Assembly (NCBI GenBank): GCA_963666735.1
Contig: OY762926.1
Coordinates: 224,001 to 288,000, forward strand
From: Gemmatimonadota bacterium
Lineage (GTDB): Bacteria; Gemmatimonadota; Gemmatimonadetes; Palauibacterales; Palauibacteraceae
DNA: 64,000 nucleotides
Reading direction: 5' to 3'
The translations under genes were made by a program, and so were the position numbers. Below, in pieces: positions 32,051 to 41,564 of the stretch; positions within the stretch are counted from its first letter, which is position 1, and each line of letters starts with the position of its first letter. The notes below the pieces were generated by a model that was given only the letters and a program-made list of their open reading frames with translations, had not been told where the DNA came from and ran no database searches.

Positions 32051-32869
32051 ATGCGCAAAGTGATGCTCGTCACCGGAGCTTCGGCCGGGATCGGCCGGGA
32101 GGTCGCGCTCCTGCTGGCTCGCGAGGGCCAGCACGTGTACGCCGCCGCCCGCCGGCTTGACCGCATGCGGGACCTGGCCGAACACGGGATCGTGCCCGTC
32201 GAGATGGACGTCACGAAGGAAGACGACAACGAGCGGGCCGTGCGCCGGATCGTCGAGGAAGAGGGACGCATCGACGTCCTCATCAACAACGCGGGCTTCG
32301 GGCTTTACGGGCCCGTCGAGGACATCCCGCTGGACGACGCGCGGTACCAGTTCGAGGTGAACCTGTTCGGCCTCGCCCACCTCACCCAGCTCGTTCTGCC
32401 GCACATGCGGGCGCAGCGCTCGGGCCGGATCATCAACGTCTCGTCCATGCTGGGCAGGGTCTTCGTGCCCCTCGGCGCATGGTACCACGCCACGAAACAC
32501 GCCCTCGAGGGATGGTCGGACTGCCTCCGCTGGGAGACGGCGCCGTTCAATATTCAGGTCGTCGTCATTCAGCCGGGCGCGATCAAGACGGAGTTCGCCG
32601 CAGTGATGGGGGCCTGGATGCGGAAGTACGGCGAGGGCACCGCGTACAGGGCTCAGGTGGACCGGTTCCTCGGGATGATGGAAGACCCGGGGGTCAGGGC
32701 ACGCGGCACCGAGCCCGAGGTCATCGCCAGGGTGTTCCTCGAAGCCGCGACGACGGCCAGACCGCGCCGGAGATACATCAGCGGGGCGATGGCGCGGCCC
32801 ATGATGTTCCTCAGGAAGTGGTGCGGCGACGGGGTCTACGAATTCGTGCTTCGCCGGGCGCTCCGATGA
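32051..32869 (+). CDS. SDR family oxidoreductase
   Basis: [19 protein letters not shown]. Confidence 0.92.
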   Translation: MRKVMLVTGASAGIGREVALLLAREGQHVYAAARRLDRMRDLAEHGIVPVEMDVTKEDDNERAVRRIVEEEGRIDVLINNAGFGLYGPVEDIPLDDARYQFEVNLFGLAHLTQLVLPHMRAQRSGRIINVSSMLGRVFVPLGAWYHATKHALEGWSDCLRWETAPFNIQVVVIQPGAIKTEFAAVMGAWMRKYGEGTAYRAQVDRFLGMMEDPGVRARGTEPEVIARVFLEAATTARPRRRYISGAMARPMMFLRKWCGDGVYEFVLRRALR

Positions 32870-32976
32870 CCGGTCCGGCGTCGGCGGAGCCCAACGGATT
32901 CTCGGGTTGACGAACTCGAGTGCGCGCCCCGCGCCGCCGAGTCGACACACTTCTTCAAGTGTGATATCATAGAGCC

Positions 32977-33555
32977 ATGCCACTTGATACTACCACAGGG
33001 AAGTCCCGTCCTTCAGGCCGCTTCGTGCTTCGTATCGATCCCGGCCTGCACGGCGCGCTTCGCTCGGCCGCGCATGCCTGGGCCACGTCACTCAACGAGT
33101 ACTGTGCACGCAAACTGGCGTCTCCGGGCGCGTGGCTGGACGAAGAGGCCTGCGGCCTGATCGGGCGAGCGGCGGCGCTTCTCGGCGAATCGCTGATCGG
33201 GGTCGTCGCCTTCGGCTCCTGGACGCGCGGCGAGAGCCGGGCGGCTTCGGACTTCGATGTCCTGCTGATCGTCGAGGACTGTGTCCCCATTGCAAGGGAA
33301 CTGTACCGGCGGTGGGACAGCGAGCCCGCCCTTCATTGGCGCGGCCACGAGGTCGAGCCGCACTTCGTCCACCTCCCGTCCGGGGGAGCCGTGCCCTCCG
33401 GCACATGGGCGGAGGTGGCGACCGACGGTATCGTGCTCCATGAGCGGGGCCTGGAGGTATCGGCACGGCTCGCGGGTATCCGCAGGATGATCTCGGCGGG
33501 CCGGATCTCCCGCCGCCTCGTCCACGGGCAGTCGTATTGGGTGCGGGCCGGTTGA
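32977..33555 (+). CDS. MNT antitoxin with an N-terminal HicB-like RHH domain
   Basis: SGRFVLRIDPGLH...SLNEY, then FGSWTRGE...SDFDVL. Confidence 0.85.
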   Translation: MPLDTTTGKSRPSGRFVLRIDPGLHGALRSAAHAWATSLNEYCARKLASPGAWLDEEACGLIGRAAALLGESLIGVVAFGSWTRGESRAASDFDVLLIVEDCVPIARELYRRWDSEPALHWRGHEVEPHFVHLPSGGAVPSGTWAEVATDGIVLHERGLEVSARLAGIRRMISAGRISRRLVHGQSYWVRAG

Positions 33556-33983
33556 TGCGGAACGTCGGGCTGGCCGCGGACTATGTCCGGCGTGCAAGGA
33601 TCCGGCTTGGGGCCCTGGACGTGCTGTTCAAGGAAGAAAGCTGGCCGGATGTCGTTCGGGAATCGCAGGAGATTGTGGAGTTGGCGCTGAAGGGGCTGCT
33701 TCGCTGGTGCGGAGTCGACCCGCCCCGGATCCACGACGTCTCGGATGTGCTGCTCGCGGAGAAGGACCGGTTACCCCCGGAGGTGGCCCGTGAAGCCCGG
33801 GCCCTTGCAGACTCGTCGCGCCACCTGCGCCGGGACCGCGAACTCGCGTTCTACGGGGCCGAGGATCTGACGCCGACCGGATTCTACTCGAGAACGGACG
33901 CGGTGAGCGCTCGCGACGCCGCGCGCCGAACCGTGGAGGTAGTGTATCCGCATGTCATGGAAGAAGTGGGAGAAGAGGGATGA
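33555..33983 (+). CDS. HEPN-domain protein (HEPN-MNT TA pair)
   Basis: SQEIVELALKGLL, PPRIHDV, RELAFYG; coupled by TGATG. Confidence 0.85.
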   Translation: MRNVGLAADYVRRARIRLGALDVLFKEESWPDVVRESQEIVELALKGLLRWCGVDPPRIHDVSDVLLAEKDRLPPEVAREARALADSSRHLRRDRELAFYGAEDLTPTGFYSRTDAVSARDAARRTVEVVYPHVMEEVGEEG

Positions 33984-34014
33984 CGGCGCCACGGTCCCGG
34001 CGGTGGGGCGCTCC

Positions 34015-35595
34015 GTGACTTTGCCCCGGCTGGCGGCCTGCACCGCGGTCGCGGCTGTCATCGCCGCGTGCAACGGCGCCGCGCCCCCGGCCGATGCCTT
34101 TCTCACGCGGGCGGAACGCACCGAGTATCGCGAGACCAGTTCCTATGCCGACGTCGTGGATTTCATCGAGCGCGCGGCGGCGAGCGATGCGTCGGTCCAC
34201 TACACGACCTACGGCTACACGAACGAGGGGCGGGCGCTTCCCCTGGCCGTGGTGGGCGACGTCGGCGACGCGAGTCCGGCGTCCGTCCGGGCTTCCGGCA
34301 AGACCGCCGTCTACCTGCAGGGCAACATCCACGGCGGCGAGGTGTGCGGGAAAGAGGCGCTCCAGATGCTGCTCCGCGACCTCCTCGGCGGCCGCCACGG
34401 CGAATGGCGGGAGTCGATGGTCCTGCTCATCGCGCCGATCTACAACGCGGACGGCAACGAACGGGTGACCCTCACGAACCGCGGCCGCCAGCACGGGCCG
34501 GTCGGAGGGATGGGCCAGCGGCCGAACGCCCAGGGCTATGATCTGAACCGGGATCACATGAAGCTCGACTCGCCCGAAGCGCGGTCGGTGGCGCGGCTGT
34601 TCGGCGAGTACGATCCGCACGTCGCCGTCGACCTGCACACGACGAACGGGACGCGGCACGCGTACCACCTCACCTACTCGCCCCCGCTCCACCCCAACAC
34701 GCCGCCCGAGATCGACGATTTCCTGCGGGAGGGACTCTTCCCTCACGTGACCGGGGAGATCCGTGAGAAGTACGGCTGGGAGTACTACTACTACGGGAAC
34801 GCGTCCTCGCGGGGTGGGGACGCCCGCGGCTGGTACACCTTCGACCACCGCCCCCGCTTCAACAACAACTACATCGGCCTCCGCAACCGGATCGCGATCC
34901 TGAGCGAGGCCTACTCGTACGCGACGTTCGAGGAGCGGGTGCTCGCGACGCTCTACTTCGTGGAGGAGATCCTCGACTACGTGCATGAACACGCGGCCGA
35001 CGTGCGGCGCATCGTGGCGGATGCCGATGCCGCCGGCGTGACGGGCGATTCGCTTGCGCTGCGCGCCGTCCCTGAACGCTCGGCCGCCCCGGTCGACATC
35101 CTCATGGGCGCCACCGTCGAGGAGGCCCACCCCCTCACCGGGCGTCCGCTGCTCCTGCGCGCCGATACGATGTACGTCGAGACGATGTACGAATACGGGA
35201 CGTTCGCGCCGACGCTGCGCGGGCGTGTGCCGGAGGCGTACCTGATTCCCTCGGATCTGGGGGATGTCCTGACCCGGCTCGCGGCGCACGGCGTCGCGCT
35301 CGAATCGGCGGGGGCGTCGCCCCTGGAGGTGGAGGCGTTCCGCATCGATTCGGTGCGCACCGCCGAGCGGCCGTTCCAAGGACGCAACGAGCAGGCACTC
35401 TTCGGCGGCTACGAGGCGGACCACGTGACTCCGAACCCCGGAGACATGCTGGCCCGGACCGGCCAGCCGCTGGGACGACTCCTGTTCAGCCTGCTCGAGC
35501 CGCAGTCGGACGATGGCTTCGCGAACTGGGGATTCCTGGCCGGCCGGCTGCGCCCCGGCGAGGCGTATCCCATCCGGCGCGTCCCGGGCGGCTGA
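34015..35595 (+). CDS. M14 zinc carboxypeptidase, probable lipoprotein (start approximate)
   Basis: IHGGE, NADGNE, DLNRD, DLHT; lipobox-like IAAC. Confidence 0.85.
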   Translation: MTLPRLAACTAVAAVIAACNGAAPPADAFLTRAERTEYRETSSYADVVDFIERAAASDASVHYTTYGYTNEGRALPLAVVGDVGDASPASVRASGKTAVYLQGNIHGGEVCGKEALQMLLRDLLGGRHGEWRESMVLLIAPIYNADGNERVTLTNRGRQHGPVGGMGQRPNAQGYDLNRDHMKLDSPEARSVARLFGEYDPHVAVDLHTTNGTRHAYHLTYSPPLHPNTPPEIDDFLREGLFPHVTGEIREKYGWEYYYYGNASSRGGDARGWYTFDHRPRFNNNYIGLRNRIAILSEAYSYATFEERVLATLYFVEEILDYVHEHAADVRRIVADADAAGVTGDSLALRAVPERSAAPVDILMGATVEEAHPLTGRPLLLRADTMYVETMYEYGTFAPTLRGRVPEAYLIPSDLGDVLTRLAAHGVALESAGASPLEVEAFRIDSVRTAERPFQGRNEQALFGGYEADHVTPNPGDMLARTGQPLGRLLFSLLEPQSDDGFANWGFLAGRLRPGEAYPIRRVPGG

Positions 35596-35653
35596 CCCGC
35601 AAGCCGCCGTTTCGCCTCCGTCTGGCGGGAACGGCTCCTCGAAAGGACACGGC

Positions 35654-36016
35654 GTGCAAAACGTTCAGGGTGTCGGCGGATTCTTCTTTCGGGCGAAGGA
35701 TCCGGAAGGACTCACGAAATGGTATCGGGATCACCTCGGCATCAATCCCGCTCCGAGGGACATGGAGATGGTGCCTTGGGTGTCCGAGTCCGGGGTCACG
35801 GTGTTCGCGCCCTTCGCTGCCGACACGGACTATTTCGCGGCGGACAAGGCCTTCATGCTGAATTTCCGGGTGGCCGACCTGGACGCGATGATCGCACAAC
35901 TGAAGTCTGCGGATATCGAGGTCAGCCACGAGAGCGAGATGGAGGGCGTCGGCCGCTTCGCCCGCATCCACGACCCCGAAGGCAACCCCATCGAGCTGTG
36001 GGAACCCGCGTCGTAA
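35654..36016 (+). CDS. VOC/glyoxalase family protein
   Basis: GVGGFFFRAKDP, NFRVADLD, DPEGNPIELWEP. Confidence 0.88.
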   Translation: MQNVQGVGGFFFRAKDPEGLTKWYRDHLGINPAPRDMEMVPWVSESGVTVFAPFAADTDYFAADKAFMLNFRVADLDAMIAQLKSADIEVSHESEMEGVGRFARIHDPEGNPIELWEPAS

Positions 36017-36092
36017 GATCTCATGCTGTCATAATGAAGCTGATTTCCTTACATTACGACTTCATTGCGACGTTGACGCAGGCGGGGGGCAC

Positions 36093-36482
36093 TTGGGAGT
36101 TCTCACGATTCGGAACGTGGATGACGACGTAATCGCGGCGCTGAAGCGACGGGCCAAGGCCAACCACCGCTCGCTGGAGGGCGAACTGCGCCACCTGCTG
36201 GCCCGTCATGCGGTTGCGACGCCCACGCTCGGCGTCGTGCGCGAGCAGGCCCGGATGGCCGCCCGCTATCAGGTGACTTCGGCGGTCCCGAAAGCCGCGC
36301 CCGACGCGGCCGCGGCCGAGGCTGCGAGGGGTCACGTCCCGGCGGAGCACGGGGCATGGATGGGGGCGATGAGCGATGTCGGTGAGATCGTCGGCGACAT
36401 CGTATCCCCGGCGGCCGATTCCTCGGAGTGGGCCGCGCTGCACTCAGAGGCTGACGCGTCGAACGACGATCCGACGCTGTGA
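36093..36482 (+). CDS. FitA/Arc-like RHH antitoxin
   Basis: LTIRNVDDDVIAALKRRAKANHRSLEGELR; imperfect IR upstream (about 36028-36071). Confidence 0.82.
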   Translation: MGVLTIRNVDDDVIAALKRRAKANHRSLEGELRHLLARHAVATPTLGVVREQARMAARYQVTSAVPKAAPDAAAAEAARGHVPAEHGAWMGAMSDVGEIVGDIVSPAADSSEWAALHSEADASNDDPTL

Positions 36483-36874
36483 AGCTGCTCCTCGATACCC
36501 ACATCTGGCTCTGGAGCATGCTGGATCCGGATCGGCTCTCCCGTCGGGCCCGCCGCGAACTAACCGCCTCGGCGAACACCCTGGCGCTGTCGCCGGTGAG
36601 CGTCTGGGAAGCGTTGGTGCTCGCCGACAAGGGACGTGTGATCCTCCATCCCGATCCGTGGAGCTGGATCCGTACGGCTCTCACCGTTCGGCCAATGAAC
36701 GAAACCCCGCTGACGTTCGAGGTGGCCTTCGGCAGCCGCAGCATCCGCCTCGGCCATGATGATCCGGCCGATCGCTTCATCGCGGCCACCGCCATGGTAC
36801 ACGATCTCACGCTGGTCACGGCGGACGCCGCGCTGCTCGAGTGTCCCGACATCAAGGTGCTGCCGGGCGCCTGA
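36479..36874 (+). CDS. vapC: VapC-family PIN toxin
   Basis: LLDTHIWLW, SVWE, HDDPADRFI, LVTAD. Confidence 0.9.
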   Translation: MKLLLDTHIWLWSMLDPDRLSRRARRELTASANTLALSPVSVWEALVLADKGRVILHPDPWSWIRTALTVRPMNETPLTFEVAFGSRSIRLGHDDPADRFIAATAMVHDLTLVTADAALLECPDIKVLPGA

Positions 36875-36897
36875 CCGGCGGAGACGGTCCGGCACCG

Positions 36898-38487
36898 CTA
36901 CGGATCGCGCGCCAGGGACTTGAGCAGCCCGGCGATCATGAACAACAGGACGACGCTCACCGGCAGGGCGGCGGCTATGGCGGCGGTTTGCAGGGCCCGG
37001 AGGCCATCGGCGAGCAGCAGCACGGCGGCCACCGCTCCCACGCCGAGTCCCCAGACGATGCGGAAACGCTGCGGAGGGTGGGGATCGCCCATGCTGAGGA
37101 AGGTGGTGATGACCAGGGTGCCGGAGTCCGAGGACGTGATGAACCACGTCGCCAGCAGGAGGGTGGCCATGGCGGACATGGCCCAGGTGAGCCAGTCGGT
37201 GTCGCTCATCCGGTCGATCGTCGCGTAGAGCGCGGCTTCGTAGTTCCCGCCCCGCACCAGCTCGATGATCCCCGCCGTCCCGGCGCCGCCCGGGGCGTTG
37301 AGCTCCAGGTGGATGGCGCTGCCGCCGAAGATTCCGAACCACACGAGCGCCAGGCCGGTCGGGACCACCAGCACGCCCAGGATGAACTCGCGCAGCGTGC
37401 GCCCGCGGGAAATGCGGGCGATGAACGTGCCGACGAAGGGCGCCCAGGAGATCCACCATCCCCAGTAGAAGATCGTCCAGGCGTTCTGCCAAGCCGTCTC
37501 CCCCGGGCCATCGGCGATCCAGAATCCCATGGGCAAGACGCGCCACAGGTACTGGCCGGCGGAGGTGGCAATGAACTTGACGAGCCATGTGAAGGGGCCC
37601 AGCAGCAGGAAACACCCCAGGAGGAGGACGCTCAGGCCGATATTCCACTCGGAGATGATGCGGATCCCGCGCCGGACGCCGGACACCGCCGACAACGTGG
37701 CCGCCAGCGAGATGGCGGCGATGAGCGCGACCTGCGTGAGGAGACCCGGATCGACGCCGAACAGCACGTCGAGTCCGGTCGCCATCTGGCTGGCCCCGAG
37801 CCCCAGGGAGGTCGCGATGCCGAAGACCCCGCCGAACACCGCGAGCAGATCCACCAGGTTGCCGACCGGGCCATATATCCGGTCGCCGATGAGCGGGTAC
37901 AGGGCGGAGCGCAGCGTCAGCGGCAGCTTCTTGCGGAACCCGAAGTAGGCCAGGCACAGCCCCACCAGCACGTACGCGGACCAGCCGTGGATGCCCCAGT
38001 GAAAGTAGGTGACGCGCATGGCGTGTACGGCCCGCCGCTCGTCCATCGACACGTCGCCCGCCAGGTCGGCGACCGGGTTGTTGGGGTACCCCGCGGCCTG
38101 GCTGTTGTCGAAATAGAACAGCGGCTCGGCGATGGAGAAGAACAGCAGTCCGATCCCGACGGCTGCCGAGAACAGCATGGCGAGCCAGGAAAACCTGCTG
38201 AACTCGGGCGAGGAGTCCTCATCGCCGAGCCGGATCCTGCCGAACCGGCTGCACACCAGGAACAGGCAGGTGAACAGGCAGGCGCAGACGGTCAGGACAT
38301 AGAACCAGTCGAGCGTCCCCTCGACCCAGCCGCGGACGCGCCCGAACACGGCGCCGGCGGCCTCCACGTCCCACACCGTGGCGAGGACGAAGGCCAGCAC
38401 GACGCCCTTGGCGGCCAGCGCCATCCCGGGATTCAGCCCCTTCCACAGGCCGCCCTGCGCCGTGGTGCGCCGGCGCCGCCCGCTCAA
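36898..38487 (-). CDS. BCCT family transporter
   Basis: SWLAMLFSA, FHWGIHGW, WTIFYWGWWISWAPFVGTFIARISRGRT, TSSDS. Confidence 0.93.
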   Translation of the reverse strand: MSGRRRRTTAQGGLWKGLNPGMALAAKGVVLAFVLATVWDVEAAGAVFGRVRGWVEGTLDWFYVLTVCACLFTCLFLVCSRFGRIRLGDEDSSPEFSRFSWLAMLFSAAVGIGLLFFSIAEPLFYFDNSQAAGYPNNPVADLAGDVSMDERRAVHAMRVTYFHWGIHGWSAYVLVGLCLAYFGFRKKLPLTLRSALYPLIGDRIYGPVGNLVDLLAVFGGVFGIATSLGLGASQMATGLDVLFGVDPGLLTQVALIAAISLAATLSAVSGVRRGIRIISEWNIGLSVLLLGCFLLLGPFTWLVKFIATSAGQYLWRVLPMGFWIADGPGETAWQNAWTIFYWGWWISWAPFVGTFIARISRGRTLREFILGVLVVPTGLALVWFGIFGGSAIHLELNAPGGAGTAGIIELVRGGNYEAALYATIDRMSDTDWLTWAMSAMATLLLATWFITSSDSGTLVITTFLSMGDPHPPQRFRIVWGLGVGAVAAVLLLADGLRALQTAAIAAALPVSVVLLFMIAGLLKSLARDP

Positions 38488-38604
38488 CGACCGAATGGCT
38501 TGTAGACCCAGGGGGTTCGGGTCATCGCTTGTGCCCCTCCGTGTCCGAGTCCTTCCGGATTTCCCTCCATGCTAACATCGTGTCCGCCCTCGAAGCCTCA
38601 CCCG

Positions 38605-38624
38605 GACGTTCCCGCGGGAACGTC
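38605..38624. repeat. 20-bp perfect palindrome containing the dispersed 16-mer
   Basis: GACGTTCCCGCGGGAACGTC. Confidence 0.8.
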
Positions 38625-38665
38625 TTCGCACGACATTACGCGACCCACCGCCCGGCGTGCGCCGC

Positions 38666-39652
38666 TTAACTCGCGATGCGCCGCCGCCGTCGGACCGGGG
38701 TCACCGTTCGGCGTATGTACCGGGCCACCTCGCGCATGCCGTCGACGCCGATCCGGGCTCCGAGCGTCTGGTTGTAGTTCGTCGTCCCGTTGATGTCGTA
38801 CGTGTAGCGGTGGCCCCACGCGTCCCGCACGTATTCGATGCCGGCGATCTCGATCCCCTCCTTGTTGCAGAGCCGGACGTACCGCTGCACCAGCGGGTCG
38901 TCCTCCGCGACCGGCGAAGGGTTGAAGAGACCGGGGCCGGCCGGACCCACCTGGGGCGCCTCTTCCTCGTTCCTCCCGGACGGCATCGGATTGCACGCAT
39001 CCGAGGGGCAGAGCTCGAACCCGTCGGCCGTGGAACTCCGCATGGCGAACGCGAAGCGGCCGCCCACGATCTCGACTCGCGTGATGAACGGCTCCGGGGC
39101 GCGGATGTACTGCTGGAGGATTATCCTCGCGCCGGGCCCCGCGTCGAAGCTGTCGCTGTCGAGATGACTCTCGAGTTCACCGGCGTCGTGGAAGAGATGG
39201 ATCCCCAGCCCCTTGCCGCCCTGGTCGTGCTTGGTGATGAACGGGCCGTCGAAGGTGGCGGCCGCGTCGAGCAGGTGCCTCCTCCCCACCGCCAGCACGG
39301 TGCGCGGCGTGCGGATCCCGTGCCGCCGCAGGACGAGGTCCTGCCGGAGCTTGCTCATCTCCAGCTCGAAGGCGCACAGCCCGTTGATCACCCGGCGGCC
39401 GTGGGACTCCAGCCAGTACAGGAACTGGCGGGCCAGCTCCACCGTGTGGACGTGGTCGCGCGTGTGCGACGAGGGGCTGATGCGATTGATCCAGATGCCC
39501 TCGGGCGGAGGAGCCGACGGGTCGACGAGCCCCTCGTTCACATGCACGAGGCGGACCCGGAAGCTCTCCCGCGCGAGCGCCTCCTGAAGCGGCGGAATCC
39601 AGGCCGGGTTTTCGTACAGGACGTGTATCTTCGGCAAAGCAGGACGCATCAT
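38666..39652 (-). CDS. ATP-grasp ligase (RimK/glutathione synthetase-like)
   Basis: NRISPSSHTR, MSK, KHDQGGKGLGI, LQQYI, YDINGTTNYN. Confidence 0.85.
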   Translation of the reverse strand: MMRPALPKIHVLYENPAWIPPLQEALARESFRVRLVHVNEGLVDPSAPPPEGIWINRISPSSHTRDHVHTVELARQFLYWLESHGRRVINGLCAFELEMSKLRQDLVLRRHGIRTPRTVLAVGRRHLLDAAATFDGPFITKHDQGGKGLGIHLFHDAGELESHLDSDSFDAGPGARIILQQYIRAPEPFITRVEIVGGRFAFAMRSSTADGFELCPSDACNPMPSGRNEEEAPQVGPAGPGLFNPSPVAEDDPLVQRYVRLCNKEGIEIAGIEYVRDAWGHRYTYDINGTTNYNQTLGARIGVDGMREVARYIRRTVTPVRRRRRIAS

Positions 39653-39729
39653 GGGTTTTCTCCCAGGTTGAACCGGTTGAACGGGCTTCGGGACGGCGGA
39701 AGACGACGGCGGGCGGCGGATCAGGGCAC

Positions 39730-39763
39730 AAAAAAACCGCCCGGGCCGGCGGACCGGGGCGGC
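39730..39763 (-). terminator. Intrinsic terminator (attenuator) upstream of the ATP-grasp gene
   Basis: Minus strand GCCGCCCCGGTCCGCCGGCCCGGGCGG followed by T7. Confidence 0.8.
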
Positions 39764-39795
39764 TCGAAGACGGTTTGAGCTAAGGGCTCAGCGCA

Positions 39796-39909
39796 TCAAC
39801 ACACCCGGATCCACGCCTCGTGGCGACACGAACACATACAAGCGCAGGTCGTACCGACGCGGGTCGCTCCGCGGGCGCGGACGGGTCGGATGTTGGGCGC
39901 GTGGATCAT
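39796..39909 (-). CDS. Cys-rich leader peptide, 37 aa
   Basis: MIHAPNIRPVRARGATRVGTTCACMCSCRHEAWIRVC; stop about 30 nt before the terminator. Confidence 0.7.
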   Translation of the reverse strand: MIHAPNIRPVRARGATRVGTTCACMCSCRHEAWIRVC

Positions 39910-39917
39910 GGCGAGCG

Positions 39918-39946
39918 AAGATGCGTGCGTGGGCATCGCGGAGCAA
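39918..39946 (-). promoter_or_regulatory. Putative sigma70 promoter for a (near-)leaderless leader peptide
   Basis: TTGCTC-N17-CATCTT, 8 nt before ATG 39909; no SD sequence. Confidence 0.5.
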
Positions 39947-39947
39947 C

Positions 39948-40166
39948 TTTGAGGGCGAGGTTGACGATGAACAACGCCTGCCGACCCTCGGTCTCTGTTG
40001 GATCCTCGCGCTCCTGTTTCATCCCCGCGAGGATCGTCCGTTTGTGGTCGCCGAAATCGACCCTGAGCCGAACGAGCTTGTTGGATCCTTCGACGTCGCC
40101 GACGCTCTCGATCGTGCCGACGCGGGCGTCGACCTGATTGACGACGGCGATGCTGATGGCGGCAGC
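39948..40166 (-). pseudogene. Fragment of a Trbp111/CsaA-like tRNA-binding protein
   Basis: VDARVGTIESVGDVEGSNKLVRLRVDFGDHKRTILAGMKQERE...QALFIVNL; no start codon and the C-terminus is lost. Confidence 0.72.
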
Positions 40167-40175
40167 CCCCGATTC

Positions 40176-41564
40176 TCAGTCCGGTTCTGCCGCGCCGACT
40201 CCCATTTGTTCCAAGTGATTCCGACCCGCCGGGGTGAGCCGGAACCGCTGGTTTCGGCTGCCTGGTTTTTTCGGGATCGTCATCTCGATCCAGCCCTCCT
40301 GCAAGCAGGGTCTCAGGTACCTCTCTCGCAGATTCCCCACATCCCGGAGCTTGAGGGCAGTGAGGAGGTCCTGTCGGCTCATTTCGGCGGAGATGACCAG
40401 CAGCAATCTCTCCGGAGACCTGGCTGAGGATGTTTGAGGGGTGGACTCCGACACATTTTCGACGGCGCCACCCACGGGCTCGTCCACGCGGTCCTCGCGC
40501 ACTTCCCATCTCTCGGCAAGAGGAAGGTCGTACTGTCCAGCCCCAGACCGTGAAACGGGTGCGGGCGTCCGGTCTCGCAGAGGGGCGTCATGGAGAATTC
40601 GCCGCAATTGGTCCGGCGTCTTCGGGTTCGGCCAGGGCGCCGCGCCGCGATCAAGCAGGCTCTTGAGGCCCGTAGAGCGTGGGCCGCTGGCGCGAACGTA
40701 TACCGGTGCGAATCTCAGCTTGTCGAGCTGCTCCGTCGCGCCCGCCCATGTGCCTCCACGCCCCCGGTCAGAGTTCACCACCAGGGCCGCGTCGGCCAGC
40801 GCGTAGATGAGCTTGTTGCGCTGCATGGCATGGCCCACCAAGAAACGAGCCGACGGGTCGTAGGGACAGACGAGCACGAGCCGTCCGCCAATCAAGAAAG
40901 TGCGATTGCCTCGGTTCAGGGCCGCCCGTTCGAGCCCGTTGGCCAATACGCCGACGGACCGGCCGCCGGCTTCCAGCGCACCTCTCATTGCGGCTTGGTC
41001 CGTTCCGCGCGCGCCGCCCGAGACAACGGCCATCGTCGCTCCTGCGGCGAGCCGACCCACATCCTCCGCGTACTTGACGAGGTCCTCGTTCACTTCGCGC
41101 GAGCCGACCACCGCCAGTCCGCCACCGTTCAGAATCGTGCGGTCACCGCAACCGTAGAGAACCGGCGGGGCGTTTTCCCGCAGCCGCACCTTCAGCCCTC
41201 GTGGATAGTCGGGATCGGCGCGCGTCGTGATCCACAAGGCGCGCGCCCGCCAACGCTCGACCGCCTGAGCAAGGAGGAATCCGCGCCCGATGAGCTGCCG
41301 GATTCTCTCCCCTTCAAGGTTCGTGCCGGATGCGCGCAGCGTTTCGGTCGCGTCGCTGCCGAGCAGGTCTGCCGGCTCTCGCTGGACTGCCCGTAGCTGA
41401 CGGGCGAAGTCACGGTACTCGGCAGCGCTCAACGGCTTCAGATTCGGGAGAGGGGTGCGCCTCCCGCCCGTCGCCGGTCGCTTGGAACGCTTGCGCCCGC
41501 CGGTGAGCAAAGGCGCGGTCAAGAGGAGGATTGCCTGCGCGTTCGGACTGAGGTTCGCGTTCAT
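40176..41564 (-). CDS. DprA/Smf-family protein with a C-terminal wHTH
   Basis: [35 protein letters not shown]; tail [29 protein letters not shown]. Confidence 0.88.
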   Translation of the reverse strand: MNANLSPNAQAILLLTAPLLTGGRKRSKRPATGGRRTPLPNLKPLSAAEYRDFARQLRAVQREPADLLGSDATETLRASGTNLEGERIRQLIGRGFLLAQAVERWRARALWITTRADPDYPRGLKVRLRENAPPVLYGCGDRTILNGGGLAVVGSREVNEDLVKYAEDVGRLAAGATMAVVSGGARGTDQAAMRGALEAGGRSVGVLANGLERAALNRGNRTFLIGGRLVLVCPYDPSARFLVGHAMQRNKLIYALADAALVVNSDRGRGGTWAGATEQLDKLRFAPVYVRASGPRSTGLKSLLDRGAAPWPNPKTPDQLRRILHDAPLRDRTPAPVSRSGAGQYDLPLAERWEVREDRVDEPVGGAVENVSESTPQTSSARSPERLLLVISAEMSRQDLLTALKLRDVGNLRERYLRPCLQEGWIEMTIPKKPGSRNQRFRLTPAGRNHLEQMGVGAAEPD

